A DNA stretch of 64,000 nucleotides from Candidatus Woesearchaeota archaeon (GTDB taxonomy: Archaea; Nanobdellota; Nanobdellia; SCGC-AAA011-G17; PNOQ01). Position 1 is the stretch's first letter, and the number at the start of each line of letters is the position of its first letter. The notes beneath the pieces were generated by a model. It was not told where the DNA came from and ran no database searches. It was given only the letters and a program-made list of their open reading frames with translations. Position numbers and translations under genes: made by a program. Location: contig JABIBT010000018.1 in the NCBI GenBank assembly GCA_018652625.1, positions 4,566 to 68,565 of the forward strand. Direction: 5' to 3'. Shown here piece by piece: positions 1 to 8,766 of the stretch.

Positions 1-798
1 CATTTGATAGCAGACATGTCAAAATTTGGGTATACTACATTCAGAGTGTACATAAAGTGGCAATATATGACCTTACAAGATAAATCTGATTTCTATACTT
101 ATTTAAAACAAATACCCCAGATATGGACAACAGCACAATTACACGGAAAATGGGATTTGGGTTTCTTCGTCGGAATTAAACATAGTAAAGAATTCAAAAA
201 AATATGGAACCAAATAGAAGCATTATACAAAGAAAAGATAGCTGAATATAAAATAGCAATATACTCTTTAGTTCATAATTTCAATAAAACCTTCCTATTA
301 GACAATTTTGATTGTATACTACAAAGATCCTCCGGAGAACAGTTAGAAATTCCTCATGACGAAACAGATGAAAACATAATATATACTTATGGAAAAGATG
401 TTAGGCAACCACTCCACAAAGTTGCCAAAGAAGTAGGGGTATCTATAGAAACAGTGAGAAAAAGAATAAAAAGATTAGAAAGAGAAGGAGTAATTGTCGG
501 ATACAAAACAGATATGGATTTAAGCAAACTAGGCTATCAAGGTTACAGAGTAGATTTTTATTTAAAATCAACAAAAAGAAATAAAGAAATATTTGAATAT
601 TTAAAAAACCATAAAAACTTTTATCAGATAAATGAATCAATAGGGGGAGCAGATATAGAAACAGAAATAATTATAGAAAATTTAGTTTTATTATTAGAAG
701 AATTAGAAAAAATAGTAAAAAGATTCAAAGATGTAATAAAATACTTTGAACATTATGGATACACTGGGTTTCCATCTTTAAGTATTGTAGCAGATTAG
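1..798 (+). CDS. Lrp/AsnC-family transcriptional regulator (tandem-domain type), 5' truncated by window edge
   Basis: HTH segment RQPLHKVAKEVGVSIETVRKRIKRLEREGVIVGY followed by an AsnC-like ligand domain; a similar domain precedes it; frame is open at position 1. Confidence 0.8.
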   Translation, partial: HLIADMSKFGYTTFRVYIKWQYMTLQDKSDFYTYLKQIPQIWTTAQLHGKWDLGFFVGIKHSKEFKKIWNQIEALYKEKIAEYKIAIYSLVHNFNKTFLLDNFDCILQRSSGEQLEIPHDETDENIIYTYGKDVRQPLHKVAKEVGVSIETVRKRIKRLEREGVIVGYKTDMDLSKLGYQGYRVDFYLKSTKRNKEIFEYLKNHKNFYQINESIGGADIETEIIIENLVLLLEELEKIVKRFKDVIKYFEHYGYTGFPSLSIVAD

Positions 799-823
799 AT
801 TTTTAGAAGGGATATATTTTCAC

Positions 824-845
824 CCTGACAACTTGTCATGCACGG
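824..845 (-). repeat. Dispersed 22-bp motif A, copy 1 (CCGTGCATGACAAGTTGTCAGG on minus strand)
   Basis: 18/22 identity to 60224-60245 and 17/22 to 4423-4444; contains the palindrome TGACAA-G-TTGTCA. Confidence 0.7.
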
Positions 846-989
846 TAAGAGTTTTAGATCTCAGTTTGAACTTCTTTGGAAAATAGCTAAGAAATAATAA
901 CATACATAAACAATTAATCTAAATCAATTCTATGCTCAAACTATATGCCTCCTTAACAAGAAAAAAAGTAAACCTTTCAAATAAAAAAC

Positions 990-1511
990 CTAAATTGTCC
1001 TGAATTCCTTTCTAAACTCTCTAACGGACAAATGCTGAGATAGAGTATAAACTAAAAATCTGATAAGTATTAATAAAACAATAATAGAAAAAAACAAGTA
1101 CAATAATTCAATAACACCTCTATCTAAAACAATAAAAGCTATACCTGCAGCAACCGCAGGAGGATGAAAAGAATTTGCCAAAAACATAACGATCCCAATT
1201 AAAAAAACTAACAAAAAGATATTAAAATATAGGGGCACAACTACTAACTTATTTAAGTAATACACTCCCAATGATACTATAATCGTAATAAAGTAAGAAA
1301 TTATTGTAGTTCTTAATTTAGTTAAATGGTGAGATTTAGAATTTGTTAGAATCAAAGCAGAAGCACCAACACTAGAAAACAATAAAATATTAGAGATGGT
1401 AGCTTGATAAAGAAAAGTAATCAATCCAACCAACAAACCGGCTAACAAAGAAGGAATGAAATGATTATGCCATAGAATTTTTTCTCTTTTTATTATCTTA
1501 TCAAAATTCAT
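990..1511 (-). CDS. HPP family membrane protein
   Basis: Multiple TM helices, SSVGASA segment and FHPPAVA signature. Confidence 0.8.
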   Translation of the reverse strand: MNFDKIIKREKILWHNHFIPSLLAGLLVGLITFLYQATISNILLFSSVGASALILTNSKSHHLTKLRTTIISYFITIIVSLGVYYLNKLVVVPLYFNIFLLVFLIGIVMFLANSFHPPAVAAGIAFIVLDRGVIELLYLFFSIIVLLILIRFLVYTLSQHLSVREFRKEFRTI

Positions 1512-1560
1512 AATAACAAAAAATAAAAGAAATATTTAAGGTTTTTGGAAAAAATAAATT

Positions 1561-1590
1561 AAAAAAAAAGAAGGGATTAAATCCCTCTTT
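1561..1590 (-). terminator. Hairpin plus T-tract terminator
   Basis: AGGGAT/ATCCCT stem followed by a T run on the minus strand just after the 1589 stop. Confidence 0.5.
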
Positions 1591-2155
1591 AAGATGTAGT
1601 TGCCTTCCCTTCCCTGCCAATATGGTCGGAGTCATGTTCCCACAAGTTAATGGCATATTTATGGAATACTACTGGTACACTTGGCCCGCCAGTAAGAACA
1701 ACCTGATTCTCTTCATTTTTTTTAGGCTGCACCTTAAATGAGTCATTTTTAAAGACCGCAGTAACATAGTTATCTGTTAATTTCCCAAAAACCACAATTG
1801 GTTTACCAACAGAATTTTCCATCCTACATGAACCCATAAAATCCCCAGCATCATCTTCAGTTACAGTATAGATAGTAGCTGGACCGTTGGAAATGCCATG
1901 TTTAGACCTAAGGTAATCTACATACCCTAAATCAGTTTCTTCATAATGATCTTCAAAAATATCCAAAAATGTTCTTTTAGGATGAATACCATAACTTGAA
2001 TCTTTTTGAGGTACACTCTTAACCATCCCTGGCACCAATCTTTTTGCAAAACTCAATTTATCATTTAGAGTTGGTTTTGCATTTTCTAAGCTAGGCGATT
2101 GACTTTCTCTTTCCATTTCTTGTAATTTTTTTTGTAATGTATCTTTCATTTTCAT
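1589..2155 (-). CDS. Hypothetical protein
   Basis: 188-aa ORF with ATGA overlap to the upstream gene and a GGAGG-like SD. Confidence 0.6.
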   Translation of the reverse strand: MKMKDTLQKKLQEMERESQSPSLENAKPTLNDKLSFAKRLVPGMVKSVPQKDSSYGIHPKRTFLDIFEDHYEETDLGYVDYLRSKHGISNGPATIYTVTEDDAGDFMGSCRMENSVGKPIVVFGKLTDNYVTAVFKNDSFKVQPKKNEENQVVLTGGPSVPVVFHKYAINLWEHDSDHIGREGKATTS

Positions 2156-2787
2156 TCCCCTCCTTCTTTTTTTTGAAGCTCTTTCAATTTCTCTACCTTA
2201 TGCAATTTTTCCCTGTTCCAGCTAAAAAAAGCAAGTGCACATAACGCACCTAGCCCAATTGGATACATAGCCAAATTATTATTATCTGATGGGGTGTCAA
2301 CTCCTTCTACGCTAATATCAACACCATCTTCTCTCAATTCTGTTTCCAAAGAAGGAACGAAATAATCAATCCCATGAAGATTTTCATTCAAAAGACCATA
2401 CAATTCTTTTTGATCTTCAGGCATTTCAATCCCATACTTTCTAGCTCCCCGTACAACTTCATCTAATTGTTTATACAAAGAATCTTGTTCAGCTACACTA
2501 AATTTTCTATCACCAATAAACTCATTAAACTCACCAGTAATCTTTTCTAATCTTGAGTTCATACTACCTCTTGCTTCTTTTAATGCGTCTTCTCTTTCTT
2601 GGTTTGCCTGATATTTTTCCTGTTCAACTTGATATTCAATTTTAGATCTAGTATCTTCATTTACAGGTAAATCTGCTTTTACAGGACTATACAAACTACC
2701 AACTAAAGCAGCACCAATCAAAGCTTTCTTTCCAATATTTTTCATTTTTTCATACATTTTTTTTGTCTCCACCACTTTTTGGTCCAT
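2152..2787 (-). CDS. Hypothetical exported/membrane-anchored protein
   Basis: Signal-peptide-like KKALIGAALVGSLYSPVKA, helical body, C-terminal TM; GAGGT SD upstream. Confidence 0.65.
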   Translation of the reverse strand: MDQKVVETKKMYEKMKNIGKKALIGAALVGSLYSPVKADLPVNEDTRSKIEYQVEQEKYQANQEREDALKEARGSMNSRLEKITGEFNEFIGDRKFSVAEQDSLYKQLDEVVRGARKYGIEMPEDQKELYGLLNENLHGIDYFVPSLETELREDGVDISVEGVDTPSDNNNLAMYPIGLGALCALAFFSWNREKLHKVEKLKELQKKEGGE

Positions 2788-2860
2788 GGTAATGACCTCT
2801 TTTGTTATTACTTACCAGTTAAGACTAACATATAAATAGTGGTATACCTGTACTAGTACT

Positions 2861-3619
2861 ATGATTATAACCCTAAAAAAAGCCGGTTTAACGGACGGAG
2901 AAGCCAGAGTATACCTTGCAGTAACAGAATTAGGAGAATCCTCAGTGGGGAAAATAGTGGAAAAGTCCAAAGTAACAAAGTCTATTATTTACCAAATCCT
3001 AGAAAAACTAACAGATAAAGGATTAATTTCATTCTTCTACAAAGAAAAAACAAAACATTTTCAGGCAGAATCTCCAACAAACCTACTAGAATTCTTAGAA
3101 CAACAAAAAAACACAATAGATGAAACAGAAAAAGAAGTCAAAGAAATAATTCCAAAATTACTAATGCAAAGGGCAACCGCAAAACATAGTATAGTAACCG
3201 TTTATGAAGGTTTCAAAGGCCTAATGACAGCATACACAAAAAGATTTGAAGTACTAAAAGAAGGAGAGGAATACATAAACTGGGGACTTCCTGCAACACA
3301 ACCAAAACACCACCATATTTACTGGGAAAGAGATCACAAAGAAAGAGTAAAAAGAAAAATAAAAGCAAAATTACTCTATAATCATAATGTTCCAGATGAA
3401 ACTCTAAAAGGCAGAAATTCTTTCAAATACATTGACGCAAGAAGAATGCCCTTAGATGTAGAAGCTCCTTCTTGGATAATGGTTTACAAAGATATTGTAG
3501 TTATGGCAATCCCACAAGGAATACATCCAATAACAATAGAAATACATAACCCGGAAATAGCTAATTCTTTCACAAAATATTTTGAATGGTTTTGGAAGAA
3601 AAGCAAGTCATTCAAGTAA
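2861..3619 (+). CDS. TrmB-family transcriptional regulator
   Basis: GLTDGEARVYLA...IYQILEKLTDKGLI wHTH, VTVYEG linker, C-terminal FEWFWK. Confidence 0.85.
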   Translation: MIITLKKAGLTDGEARVYLAVTELGESSVGKIVEKSKVTKSIIYQILEKLTDKGLISFFYKEKTKHFQAESPTNLLEFLEQQKNTIDETEKEVKEIIPKLLMQRATAKHSIVTVYEGFKGLMTAYTKRFEVLKEGEEYINWGLPATQPKHHHIYWERDHKERVKRKIKAKLLYNHNVPDETLKGRNSFKYIDARRMPLDVEAPSWIMVYKDIVVMAIPQGIHPITIEIHNPEIANSFTKYFEWFWKKSKSFK

Positions 3620-3680
3620 GCCCTTACCCCTACAAATCAAAAAAACACACAAAAACCTTAGCACAACCAATAACTTTATA

Positions 3681-3706
3681 TATTACTTGGTCTTACTTAA
3701 TCTTAC
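3681..3706 (+). promoter_or_regulatory. Candidate operator: three T(A/C)TTAC direct repeats at 10-bp period
   Basis: TATTAC-ttgg-TCTTAC-ttaa-TCTTAC between the TATA box (TTTATATA) and the ATG of the RHH gene. Confidence 0.5.
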
Positions 3707-3707
3707 C

Positions 3708-3977
3708 ATGGAATCCATCACCATAAAAGTAGATAAAAACTTGGCTAATGAAATAGACCAGATAGTTTCTTCAAGTTATTCAACAAAAACAGAGTTCATA
3801 AGGGGAGCAATACGAGATAAGTTAAAACAAAGAGAAAAAGAAAAGCTAGAATTAATCAAAGAATTGGAAAAATTTAAAGGTGCAGCCAAGGTTCATGTTT
3901 CAGATGAGCAAATACAAGATACCCGAGAAAAAATTGCAAAAGAGTATGCCAAAAAATTTGGAATAAAATTAGATTAA
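3708..3977 (+). CDS. Ribbon-helix-helix (CopG/NikR-like) protein, probable VapB-type antitoxin
   Basis: MESITIKVDKNLANEID...YSTKTEFIRGAIRDKL RHH pattern; start moved to ATG 3708 downstream of a TATA box. Confidence 0.8.
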   Translation: MESITIKVDKNLANEIDQIVSSSYSTKTEFIRGAIRDKLKQREKEKLELIKELEKFKGAAKVHVSDEQIQDTREKIAKEYAKKFGIKLD

Positions 3978-4385
3978 CTCTTCAGGCTTTTTCACAGCTA
4001 CAAAATCAAACTCCAAAAAGTGTTTATCTCTAGTAACCATAACAGCATTATTGTCTCTAGCTAAAATTGCGTGAAGGGCATCACCAAAAGGAACATTTAA
4101 TTTTTTCTTAATCTCAAAAGCTTCCTTGGTTTGGTTTTTATTAATTTCTACTTTTTCTAATAACTCTCTATCAGAAGCAATATTTAAAATATTATTTATA
4201 GTTTTTATATCAAAGTGCCCGGATAGTTCTTTAATAACTAAATCCGAATAAAGGATCTTCTTTTCATCATCTAAAACTTTTTTAAAAAATTCAAAGGCCC
4301 ATTCTCCCAGAGGCCTAAACTTGTCTGTTCTATTTTCGTGCAAATCTCTCCAAATAGCAGTATCAACATAATACTTCTTCTCCAT
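3969..4385 (-). CDS. PIN-domain ribonuclease (VapC-like toxin)
   Basis: YYVDTAIW, LVIKEL, PFGDALHAILA, VTRDKHF acidic PIN motifs. Confidence 0.85.
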   Translation of the reverse strand: MEKKYYVDTAIWRDLHENRTDKFRPLGEWAFEFFKKVLDDEKKILYSDLVIKELSGHFDIKTINNILNIASDRELLEKVEINKNQTKEAFEIKKKLNVPFGDALHAILARDNNAVMVTRDKHFLEFDFVAVKKPEELI

Positions 4386-4422
4386 ATTTTACTAATCACG
4401 GAGTTATTTATAAACCATTTTG

Positions 4423-4444
4423 CTGTACGTGACAAGTTGACAAG
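4423..4444 (+). repeat. Dispersed 22-bp motif A, copy 2 (CTGTACGTGACAAGTTGACAAG)
   Basis: Lies between the divergent TATA boxes of the PIN gene and cysS; aligns without gaps to copies 1 and 3. Confidence 0.7.
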
Positions 4445-4485
4445 GAAATAATAACATATATAAACAATAAATCTAAATCAAAATC

Positions 4486-5877
4486 ATGCTTAAGTTATAC
4501 AACACTCTAACAAGGAAAAAAGAAAATTTCAAACCAATAAAAGCAGGAACTGCATCTCTTTACGGCTGTGGACCAACTGTGTATTGGTATCAACACATTG
4601 GAAACATGCGTAGATACATCTTTGAAGATATTCTCAGAAGAACGTTACTTTTTAACAATCTAAAAGTAAAACATGTAATTAACATAACCGATGTAGGCCA
4701 TCTAACTTCTGATGCTGATGAAGGTGAAGACAAGATGATGAAGGCAATAAAAAGAGAAAAACTTCCCCCAACTTCAGAATCATTACTAAAAGTAGCAAGA
4801 AAATACGAAGATTCTTTCTTAGATGATGCAAGGAAACTAAACATCCAATCTCCAGATAAGTGGGCAAGAGCAACAGAACACATCAAAGATATGATTAATT
4901 TAATAAAAAAAATAGAAAAAAACGGTTATACTTACAAAACAAAAGTTGGTTTAATTTTTGATACTTCAAAATCAAAAGACTACACGAAATTAGCAAAACT
5001 AAAATTAGAAGATATGAAAGCAGGTTCTCGTGTTGAAGTAGATCCAGAAAGAAAAAACCCTTCAGACTTCGCTTTATGGATTACAAACCAACCAAAACAC
5101 ATTATGCAATGGGATTCTCCCTGGGGCAGAGGTTTTCCTGGCTGGCATATAGAATGTTCTGCAATGTCTTCAAAATATCTTGGAGATCAGTTTGACATCC
5201 ACACCGGAGGAGAAGAACACATTCCAATCCACCATACTAACGAAATAGCCCAGTCAGAAGCAGCTTGTGGAAAACATCCTTGGGTAAAATACTGGCTACA
5301 CATGAGATGGTTAGTCCTAAAAGAAGGAAAGATGTCCAAATCCGAAGGAAAAGTGTTTACAATTTCTGAATTAGAAAAGAAAGGCTACGATCCCCTAGAC
5401 TTTAGATATTTATGTTTACTAACCCACTATAGAAAAAGATTGTTATTTTCACTAGAATCTTTAGATTCTGCAAAGAAAACATATGATAGATTAAAAAATA
5501 TAATTTTAGAATTAAAAACAAAAAAAGATTCTAAAAAATCTAAAAATACTTATGAAAAAGACTTTTTAGAAAGTGTTAACGATGACCTAAACACTTCAAA
5601 AGCACTTTCTGTCTTATGGGCCGTGTTAAGAGATTCAAAACTAGGTTCTAAAGAAAAACTTGAACTTGCTTACGAATTTGACAAAGTTCTTGGTTTATCT
5701 TTAAAGGAATTAAAAGAAGATAAGATTCCAAAAGAAATAAAAGAAATTGCAGAAAAAAGACAAAAAGCAAGAACTGAAAAAGATTGGCCAACTTCAGACA
5801 AACTAAGAGACGAAATTTCTTCTAAAGGTTATGAAATAAAAGATTTAAAAGAAGGATATTTAATAAATAAAAAATAA
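4486..5877 (+). CDS. cysS: Cysteine--tRNA ligase
   Basis: CGPTVY, HIGN, DFALW, PGWHIECSAM, KMSKS. Confidence 0.97.
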   Translation: MLKLYNTLTRKKENFKPIKAGTASLYGCGPTVYWYQHIGNMRRYIFEDILRRTLLFNNLKVKHVINITDVGHLTSDADEGEDKMMKAIKREKLPPTSESLLKVARKYEDSFLDDARKLNIQSPDKWARATEHIKDMINLIKKIEKNGYTYKTKVGLIFDTSKSKDYTKLAKLKLEDMKAGSRVEVDPERKNPSDFALWITNQPKHIMQWDSPWGRGFPGWHIECSAMSSKYLGDQFDIHTGGEEHIPIHHTNEIAQSEAACGKHPWVKYWLHMRWLVLKEGKMSKSEGKVFTISELEKKGYDPLDFRYLCLLTHYRKRLLFSLESLDSAKKTYDRLKNIILELKTKKDSKKSKNTYEKDFLESVNDDLNTSKALSVLWAVLRDSKLGSKEKLELAYEFDKVLGLSLKELKEDKIPKEIKEIAEKRQKARTEKDWPTSDKLRDEISSKGYEIKDLKEGYLINKK

Positions 5878-7341
5878 TTACTTCGGTCTTGTAATCGGGA
5901 AAGCAATCACATCCCTTAAATGAGAAGAATCAGTCAATAACATAATAATCCTGTCCATTCCAATTCCTAATCCTCCAGCAGGAGGCATTCCATGTTCAAT
6001 TGCAGTAACAAAATCTTCATCCATAGGATTAGCTTCATCATCTCCATCAACTCTCTCTTTCTCTTGTTCAGCCAGTAATTTTTCTTGAATCAATGGATTA
6101 TTCAATTCAGAGTAAGCATTTCCAACTTCATGTCCATTTATAAAAAATTCAAATCTCTCAATCAATTCAGGATCTCCTCTTTTTTCCTTACAAAGCGGGG
6201 AGGTTTCTTTTGGATAATCTGTAATAAAAGTTGGTTGAATAAGTTTTTCTTCAACTAAAGCCTCAAACAGTTCGTTAATAGCCCAACCCCTAGTAAATTT
6301 CTTAATTTCAAGTTTATGTTTTTTTAATTCTTTTTTTAATTCAGAATCTGTTAACTTATCAACATTTAATTTTCCATACTTCTTTAGGGCACCTTTCATA
6401 GTTAATTTTGTCCACGGTGCCTTAAAATTAATAGTCTTACCTTGATATTTCACACTACTGCCACCAGTAACTTTTTTCGCTAAGTGTTCAACCAAATTTT
6501 CTACCAAGACCATCATATCATTATAATCTTTATACGCCCAATAACATTCCATCATCGTAAATTCAGGATTATGGGTTCTATCTACTCCTTCATTCCTAAA
6601 GTTCTTACCAATAGTATAAACTTGCTCAAATCCACCAACCAATAACCTTTTCAAATAAAGCTCTGGGGAGATACTAAGAAATAAATCTATATTCCAAGCG
6701 TTTATATGGGTTTTAAACGGTCTTGCTGCTGCTCCGCCATAAATAGTTTGTAGTGCAGGTATTTCGACTTCTGTGAAATTTAATTTATCAAGAAAGGTTC
6801 TAGTTTCTTTTAATATTATATTCCTTTTGAAGAAAATATCCTTTTTTTCTGGATTTGCTATAAAATCTAAATATCTCTGCCTATATCTAGTCTCTTCATC
6901 CTTTAATCCTTTATGCTTATCAGGTAGTGGACGTAAACTTTTTGTTAATAAGACAAAATCATTAGCATCAATTGAAACCTCTCCTCTTTTAGTTTTGAAA
7001 ACTTTCCCAACAATACCAATTATGTCTCCGTGATCTACCTTTTTTAATTGATTATAATTATGTAATTTATCTTTAGTTGCAAAAACTTGGATTTTACCTG
7101 CCCGATCAAGGATTGTAAAAAAAGAAGCCTTTCCCATAACCCTACTAGTTAAAACTCTGCCAGCAACACTAACTTTCTTTCTAGTATGCTCCCCATCTTT
7201 TAATTTAGAATATTCTTCTTGAATTTCAGAAGAATCATGTGTTTTATCAAAACTATATGGATAAGGATTGATACCTTCTTCAATTAACCTATTTAATTTT
7301 TCTTTTCTAGATTTAATTAAATCATTTTCTTCTTTTTTCAT
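5878..7341 (-). CDS. lysS: Lysine--tRNA ligase (class II)
   Basis: OB-fold, RYRQRYLD, GGAAARPF, ISPELYLKRL, FRNEG, HNPEFTM, GLGIGMDR. Confidence 0.97.
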   Translation of the reverse strand: MKKEENDLIKSRKEKLNRLIEEGINPYPYSFDKTHDSSEIQEEYSKLKDGEHTRKKVSVAGRVLTSRVMGKASFFTILDRAGKIQVFATKDKLHNYNQLKKVDHGDIIGIVGKVFKTKRGEVSIDANDFVLLTKSLRPLPDKHKGLKDEETRYRQRYLDFIANPEKKDIFFKRNIILKETRTFLDKLNFTEVEIPALQTIYGGAAARPFKTHINAWNIDLFLSISPELYLKRLLVGGFEQVYTIGKNFRNEGVDRTHNPEFTMMECYWAYKDYNDMMVLVENLVEHLAKKVTGGSSVKYQGKTINFKAPWTKLTMKGALKKYGKLNVDKLTDSELKKELKKHKLEIKKFTRGWAINELFEALVEEKLIQPTFITDYPKETSPLCKEKRGDPELIERFEFFINGHEVGNAYSELNNPLIQEKLLAEQEKERVDGDDEANPMDEDFVTAIEHGMPPAGGLGIGMDRIIMLLTDSSHLRDVIAFPITRPK

Positions 7342-7444
7342 AGAACATTATTAATCTAATTAACTTTTAAATCTTTCCACATTTTATTTTTAAACTGAAA
7401 CCAATACAAAACAATTAAAAACCTATATTCTTCCTTTTTAACCA

Positions 7445-7945
7445 ATGAAAGATATAATCTTTATTAGCGGGGCCCCCGGAATTGGAAAAACGTCCATAGG
7501 TAGGATATTAAAGGAAAAATTAAAATCTCCTTACATTGACCTTGCATGGTTAAGAAGCTACCATTTAGATTCAAAATGGAAGAACGCAAATAACAAAGAA
7601 GAAAAAATGTCATTAAGTAATTTAAGATTTATTATAAGAAATTATTTAAAAAATGGCTATAAAAATATTGTTATCACCGATTTAAGGTCTAAAAGTAGAG
7701 AAAAATTAGTAAAAAGTTTCTCAAATACAAATTATCTGATTATAAGATTAGTTATTAATGATGACAAAGAACTTAAAAAAAGAGTTTTAACTGAGTCAAG
7801 AGATTCAGGTTGGAGAGATTATGAAAAATCAATAAAGCTAAACAAAACAATTAAAGAGAGAGATCTATGGAAGAACGAAGTTGAGATAGATAACACCCAC
7901 AACTCTCCAAATAAAACAGTTAAAGAAATACTAAAACATTTATAA
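7445..7945 (+). CDS. Small P-loop kinase (nucleotide/small-molecule kinase fold)
   Basis: N-terminal IFISGAPGIGKTS Walker A, lid motif LKKRV...R, C-terminal IDNT. Confidence 0.7.
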   Translation: MKDIIFISGAPGIGKTSIGRILKEKLKSPYIDLAWLRSYHLDSKWKNANNKEEKMSLSNLRFIIRNYLKNGYKNIVITDLRSKSREKLVKSFSNTNYLIIRLVINDDKELKKRVLTESRDSGWRDYEKSIKLNKTIKERDLWKNEVEIDNTHNSPNKTVKEILKHL

Positions 7946-7946
7946 A

Positions 7947-8723
7947 ATGAATTCCCTAATAAACAAAATTAAATCAAAGAAATACGCTTCCTTAGGTGAC
8001 GAAATAATAGAGCAAGAGATAAACAACTTCTTAGGAAAAAAACCCAAAGCAAAAGATAAAGAAATAATTAAAGAAGTAAAAACAAGGTTACACAAAATTT
8101 ATGGTTCTTTTCAAGTAAATAAAAAGAAAAAGAGAGATACTTTACTAGAAGAACTAAAAGAAAACCAAAATTCAATAGAATTACATAGAAAGATTTTAGA
8201 AACAAACTTATCAACAAAAGAAAGACTAAAAGCTTACAATACTTTATACTACAGAATTTTTCAAATAACCGGACAACCAAAATCAATTTTAGACGTAGGT
8301 TCAGGAATAAATCCAATATCTTACCCTTTTTTAGAATGCACCCCAAGTTATACTTCTATAGAAATAGACAAAGAGGACGTAGAGTTTGTGAATGAGTATT
8401 TTAAAATAAAAAACATAAAAGGTGAAGCAATATTAAAAGCAATAAATAAAGATACAATAAAAGATTTGCCAAAAACAGATATAACCTTCTTATTCAAAAT
8501 AATTGATCCTCTAGAGGTAAGAAAAGGACACAAGTTCTCAGAAATGCTACTAAAAGGATTAAAATCAAAATATATTGTAGCTTCTTTTTCAACAAAAACA
8601 ATTTCAAATAAAATGATGAAATACCCAAGAAGAGGATGGTTTGAAAAACTATTAACCAGAATAAACCTTAAATTTAAAATAGTAAAAACGCAGAATGAAT
8701 TTTATTATATAATCGAGAAATAA
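7947..8723 (+). CDS. ArmA/Rmt (FmrO)-like 16S rRNA m7G methyltransferase homolog
   Basis: STKERL, ILDVGSGINP, D-x4-FK-x3-PLE and VASFSTKTIS match the ArmA/RmtB motif order. Confidence 0.7.
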   Translation: MNSLINKIKSKKYASLGDEIIEQEINNFLGKKPKAKDKEIIKEVKTRLHKIYGSFQVNKKKKRDTLLEELKENQNSIELHRKILETNLSTKERLKAYNTLYYRIFQITGQPKSILDVGSGINPISYPFLECTPSYTSIEIDKEDVEFVNEYFKIKNIKGEAILKAINKDTIKDLPKTDITFLFKIIDPLEVRKGHKFSEMLLKGLKSKYIVASFSTKTISNKMMKYPRRGWFEKLLTRINLKFKIVKTQNEFYYIIEK

Positions 8724-8766
8724 CAATATTTATATAGGATAACCCACAAATATTTTTTAAAGAGGG

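Noticed and set aside
799..989. Possible small gene or ncRNA in the 190-nt convergent gap
   Set aside because: The GGAGG on the minus strand leads only to a 6-codon ORF, and no convincing structure was found apart from motif A.
3582..3707. N-terminal extension of the RHH ORF given in the track
   Set aside because: It overlaps the TrmB gene and spans the TATA box; ATG 3708 fits the RHH domain start.
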